A program made the translations under genes and the position numbers. DNA of 64,000 nt from Candidatus Zhuqueibacterota bacterium (GTDB lineage Bacteria; Zhuqueibacterota; Zhuqueibacteria; JANLFK01; Oleimicrobiaceae). The DNA is taken from the NCBI GenBank assembly GCA_024655945.1, contig JANLFK010000007.1, forward strand, positions 133,123-197,122, given 5' to 3'. This document shows positions 61,509 to 64,000 of the stretch, one piece after another. Each line of letters opens with the position of its first letter. Position 1 is the stretch's first letter. The notes below the pieces were generated by a model, which saw only the letters and a program-made list of their open reading frames with translations, did not search any database and was not told where the DNA came from.

Positions 61509-64000
61509 GTGAGTTTCATCTACCGACGCAAGACGCTCATTAGCATGCTGTTCGTGGGGCTGACCCTGCTTGGGGTGGTGTCCTACCAACAGCTCCCCGT
61601 GGAGTTGCTGCCCAACGCCGAGTTGCCCTTCCTTATCGTCCAGGTCTCTGGCATGCTGGATGTGGACCCGGCCTACATGGAACGGCACGCCATCATCCCG
61701 TTGGAAGGTGCGATTGGCTCGCTCCAGGGAGTCGAACGCATCGACTCATACGCCGATCCCCGGCGGGGCACGATCTTCGTCTACTTCACGCAAGGGACCA
61801 ACCTCAAGTATGCCTACCTGCGCCTGCAGGAAAAAGTGGATGTGGTCAAGACCACCTTGGGGGATGAGTTCAACGTCAACGTGGTGCGCGTTGACGTGGA
61901 CCAGCTTGCCAATCAGTTCATGGAGTTGCAGGTTCGCGGTGGTGGCGACGTGGACCGCCTCCGGCATTTGGTGGACAAGGAGGTGGTGCCGGAGCTCGAA
62001 AAGATCGACGGCATTGCCACGGTGGTGGTCTCCGGCGGACGGGAGAAATCCGTGGAGATTATCCTCAACCAGGACGCCTGCCGGGCGCATGGCATCACCG
62101 CAGCGCAGATCCGCAATCTGATCCGCCAGAACAGTCGCACTACCACCTTTGTCGGCCGTGCCTTTGGCCGGGACAAGCAGTACTTCGTCAATGTGATGGC
62201 CGATTATGCGGACGTGCGCGATTTAGAAAACCTCGTGGTGCGCCGAGAGGGGCCGGTGCTGTTGCGCGATGTGGCCCAGGTGGTGGTGGGCGTTAAGGAG
62301 GAGACCTCGCTGAGCCGAGTCAACGGCAAGGAGGCGGTGACCGTCCAGCTGGTGCGCGATGCGCAGGTCAATCTGATTTCCCTGTCGCACGCCACCAAAG
62401 CCGCTATCGCCCGTTTGAACCAAAAGCTCAGAGGACAGGATCTCGAGATTGCCATCCAGAGCAACACGGCCGACGACATGGAGAACAACGTCAAGTTGAT
62501 TATCCAACTGGCGTTGGTCGGCGGTTGCCTGGCGGTTGTGGTTCTTTGGCTCTTCCTGCGCAACCTGCGCTTGGTAGTGACTATCGTTCTGGCCATCCCC
62601 ATTTCCATCTTCACTGCGCTCAACCTGTTCTACGCCTTCGGGATCACGCTCAACAGCTTGACGCTGGTGGGCATGGCATTGGTGGTGGGGATGCTGTTGG
62701 ACAACAGCGTGGTGGTCCTCGAAAACATCTATCGCCACGCGGCCCTGCACCGCCAGCCCGACGAAGCGGTCACGCGCGGCACCAAGGAAGTGTGGCGCTC
62801 CATTCTTGCCGCCACTTTGACCACGCTCGTGGTCTTCCTGCCCTTTGTTTTCTCCAGCAACTTCCTCATCAAGCTCTTTGGTAGGCACATTGGCGTGTCG
62901 GTGGTGAGTACGCTGCTGGTCTCACTGGTGGTGGCCCTGCTGTTGGTGCCCATGATCACCCACCACTTCCTGAGTCGCGGCCAGGTGGGCAAGGGCGTGC
63001 AGTTCCGCATCGTCTCGCAGAAGAACAGGCTGCTGCAAATCTACACGCTTCTGCTCAAGTCGTGCATGCGTTTTCCGGTGCGCACCATCGGCACGGCGTT
63101 TGTGCTATTCGTGGCGAGCGTGCTCATCGCGCTGGGCGTGAGCCTGAACGTGGCGCGGGAAGTGCAGACCACCGATCTCAACCTCTACCTCACCATGGCC
63201 AGTGGCGCCACCCTGGAGACCACCGACGCGGTGACCAGCGAGTTGGAAAAGCGCATCGAGGATATCCCCGAGAAGCAGGACATCGTCAGCAAGATCTACG
63301 AGGAAGAGGCAGTTGTCACCGTCAAGCTGCGCAAGGACTATCAGAATATCAAGAAGCGTTCCATTGCGCAGATCAAGAGTGATATCCAGGAGCGCATCAA
63401 GGATTTCCGCCTGGCAGAGGTGAGCTTTGAGCAACCGCGTGCCAGCCGGCGCTTCCGCGGCGGTGGCGGCAGGGTGAACCCGGGCGCCTCATTCGAGCGC
63501 ATGTTGGGCATTGGCACCCAGAGCGAGTCGATCCTCATCAAAGGTACCGACTTTGGGCGCATGCGCAATGTAGCCGAAGACGTTCGTTACTACCTGGAGA
63601 ATCTGGAATCGGTACAGTCGGTGCGGCTCAATGTGTCCGAGAACCGGCCCGAGCTCCAGCTGCTTTTTGACAAAGCCGTGCTGAGCGAGTACGATATCAC
63701 CTTGGCCACGATCGCCGCCGAGCTGACGGGCTTTCAACGGGAGTTCTCCTCTGGACTGCAGTTCAAGCAGGGCACCGACGAGTACGAAATCGTCATCCGC
63801 AGCGCGGAGGTGGAGGAGCGGGACAAGACTGTCGGTGACCTCCGGTACCTGCGCATTCCTTCGCAGACCGGTGGCACTTACGAGCTGCAGCAGTTAAGCC
63901 GCATCGTCTACGCCACCGGCCTGGCTACCATCAACCGGGTGAATCAGGAGAAGCAGATCGAGGTCAGCTACCAGTTCTTGCCTGAGGTCAATGCCTCCAA
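61509..64000 (+). CDS. second efflux RND transporter permease subunit (3' end beyond the window)
   Basis: Starts at GTG 61509 (VSFIYRRKTLISMLFVGLTLLGVVSYQQLPVELLPN). Open to the end of the window. Paralogous to the preceding RND pump (MdtB/MdtC-like tandem). Confidence 0.9.
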   Translation, partial: MSFIYRRKTLISMLFVGLTLLGVVSYQQLPVELLPNAELPFLIVQVSGMLDVDPAYMERHAIIPLEGAIGSLQGVERIDSYADPRRGTIFVYFTQGTNLKYAYLRLQEKVDVVKTTLGDEFNVNVVRVDVDQLANQFMELQVRGGGDVDRLRHLVDKEVVPELEKIDGIATVVVSGGREKSVEIILNQDACRAHGITAAQIRNLIRQNSRTTTFVGRAFGRDKQYFVNVMADYADVRDLENLVVRREGPVLLRDVAQVVVGVKEETSLSRVNGKEAVTVQLVRDAQVNLISLSHATKAAIARLNQKLRGQDLEIAIQSNTADDMENNVKLIIQLALVGGCLAVVVLWLFLRNLRLVVTIVLAIPISIFTALNLFYAFGITLNSLTLVGMALVVGMLLDNSVVVLENIYRHAALHRQPDEAVTRGTKEVWRSILAATLTTLVVFLPFVFSSNFLIKLFGRHIGVSVVSTLLVSLVVALLLVPMITHHFLSRGQVGKGVQFRIVSQKNRLLQIYTLLLKSCMRFPVRTIGTAFVLFVASVLIALGVSLNVAREVQTTDLNLYLTMASGATLETTDAVTSELEKRIEDIPEKQDIVSKIYEEEAVVTVKLRKDYQNIKKRSIAQIKSDIQERIKDFRLAEVSFEQPRASRRFRGGGGRVNPGASFERMLGIGTQSESILIKGTDFGRMRNVAEDVRYYLENLESVQSVRLNVSENRPELQLLFDKAVLSEYDITLATIAAELTGFQREFSSGLQFKQGTDEYEIVIRSAEVEERDKTVGDLRYLRIPSQTGGTYELQQLSRIVYATGLATINRVNQEKQIEVSYQFLPEVNAS

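Overview
This is a high-GC (~65%) bacterial chromosomal segment. Several large secreted proteins end in a T9SS-type C-terminal sorting domain, and most genes have Shine-Dalgarno sites, so the source is probably an FCB-group or candidate-phylum organism. From 5' to 3' the window contains: (1) a 2842-aa surface adhesin (N-terminal lectin-like repeats, FN3, ~15 Big-type Ig repeats, cadherin-like modules, T9SS C-terminal domain) preceded by a sigma-54-like promoter and followed by an intrinsic terminator. (2) A sigma-54 enhancer-binding protein with a PAS domain, then a near-consensus -24/-12 promoter in front of a NifX-like/Zn-ribbon, DUF5320-like, ABC(amber-interrupted)/ABC-2, ferritin-VIT and Mrp/NBP35 cluster. 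(3) The conserved ffh-rpsP-rimM-trmD-rplS operon. (4) A class-III aminotransferase next to a polyamine operon (pdaD, DHS-like, agmatinase). (5) A type I R-M locus on the minus strand (YgjP-like peptidase, frameshifted hsdR, hsdS, hsdM) with two REP-associated tyrosine transposase (RAYT) genes and REP-like palindromes inserted between and inside the genes. (6) GNAT acetyltransferase; a cyanophycinase/YfcC/M28 peptidase locus. (7) tmRNA, preceded by ~1.1 kb without a convincing gene. (8) DUF362 ferredoxin-like protein and a DUF4870 membrane protein. (9) Two tandem paralogous T9SS cargo proteins of unknown function, a lipoprotein and a TonB-dependent receptor. (10) A TAT-exported aldo/keto reductase with an Fe-S domain. 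(11) An efflux/export cluster: ABC ATPase, ABC-2 permease fused to a large M1-like domain, TolC, membrane fusion protein and two RND pumps (the second runs off the window). Many long ORFs on the opposite strand of real genes are high-GC artefacts. No CRISPR array or tRNA was found.
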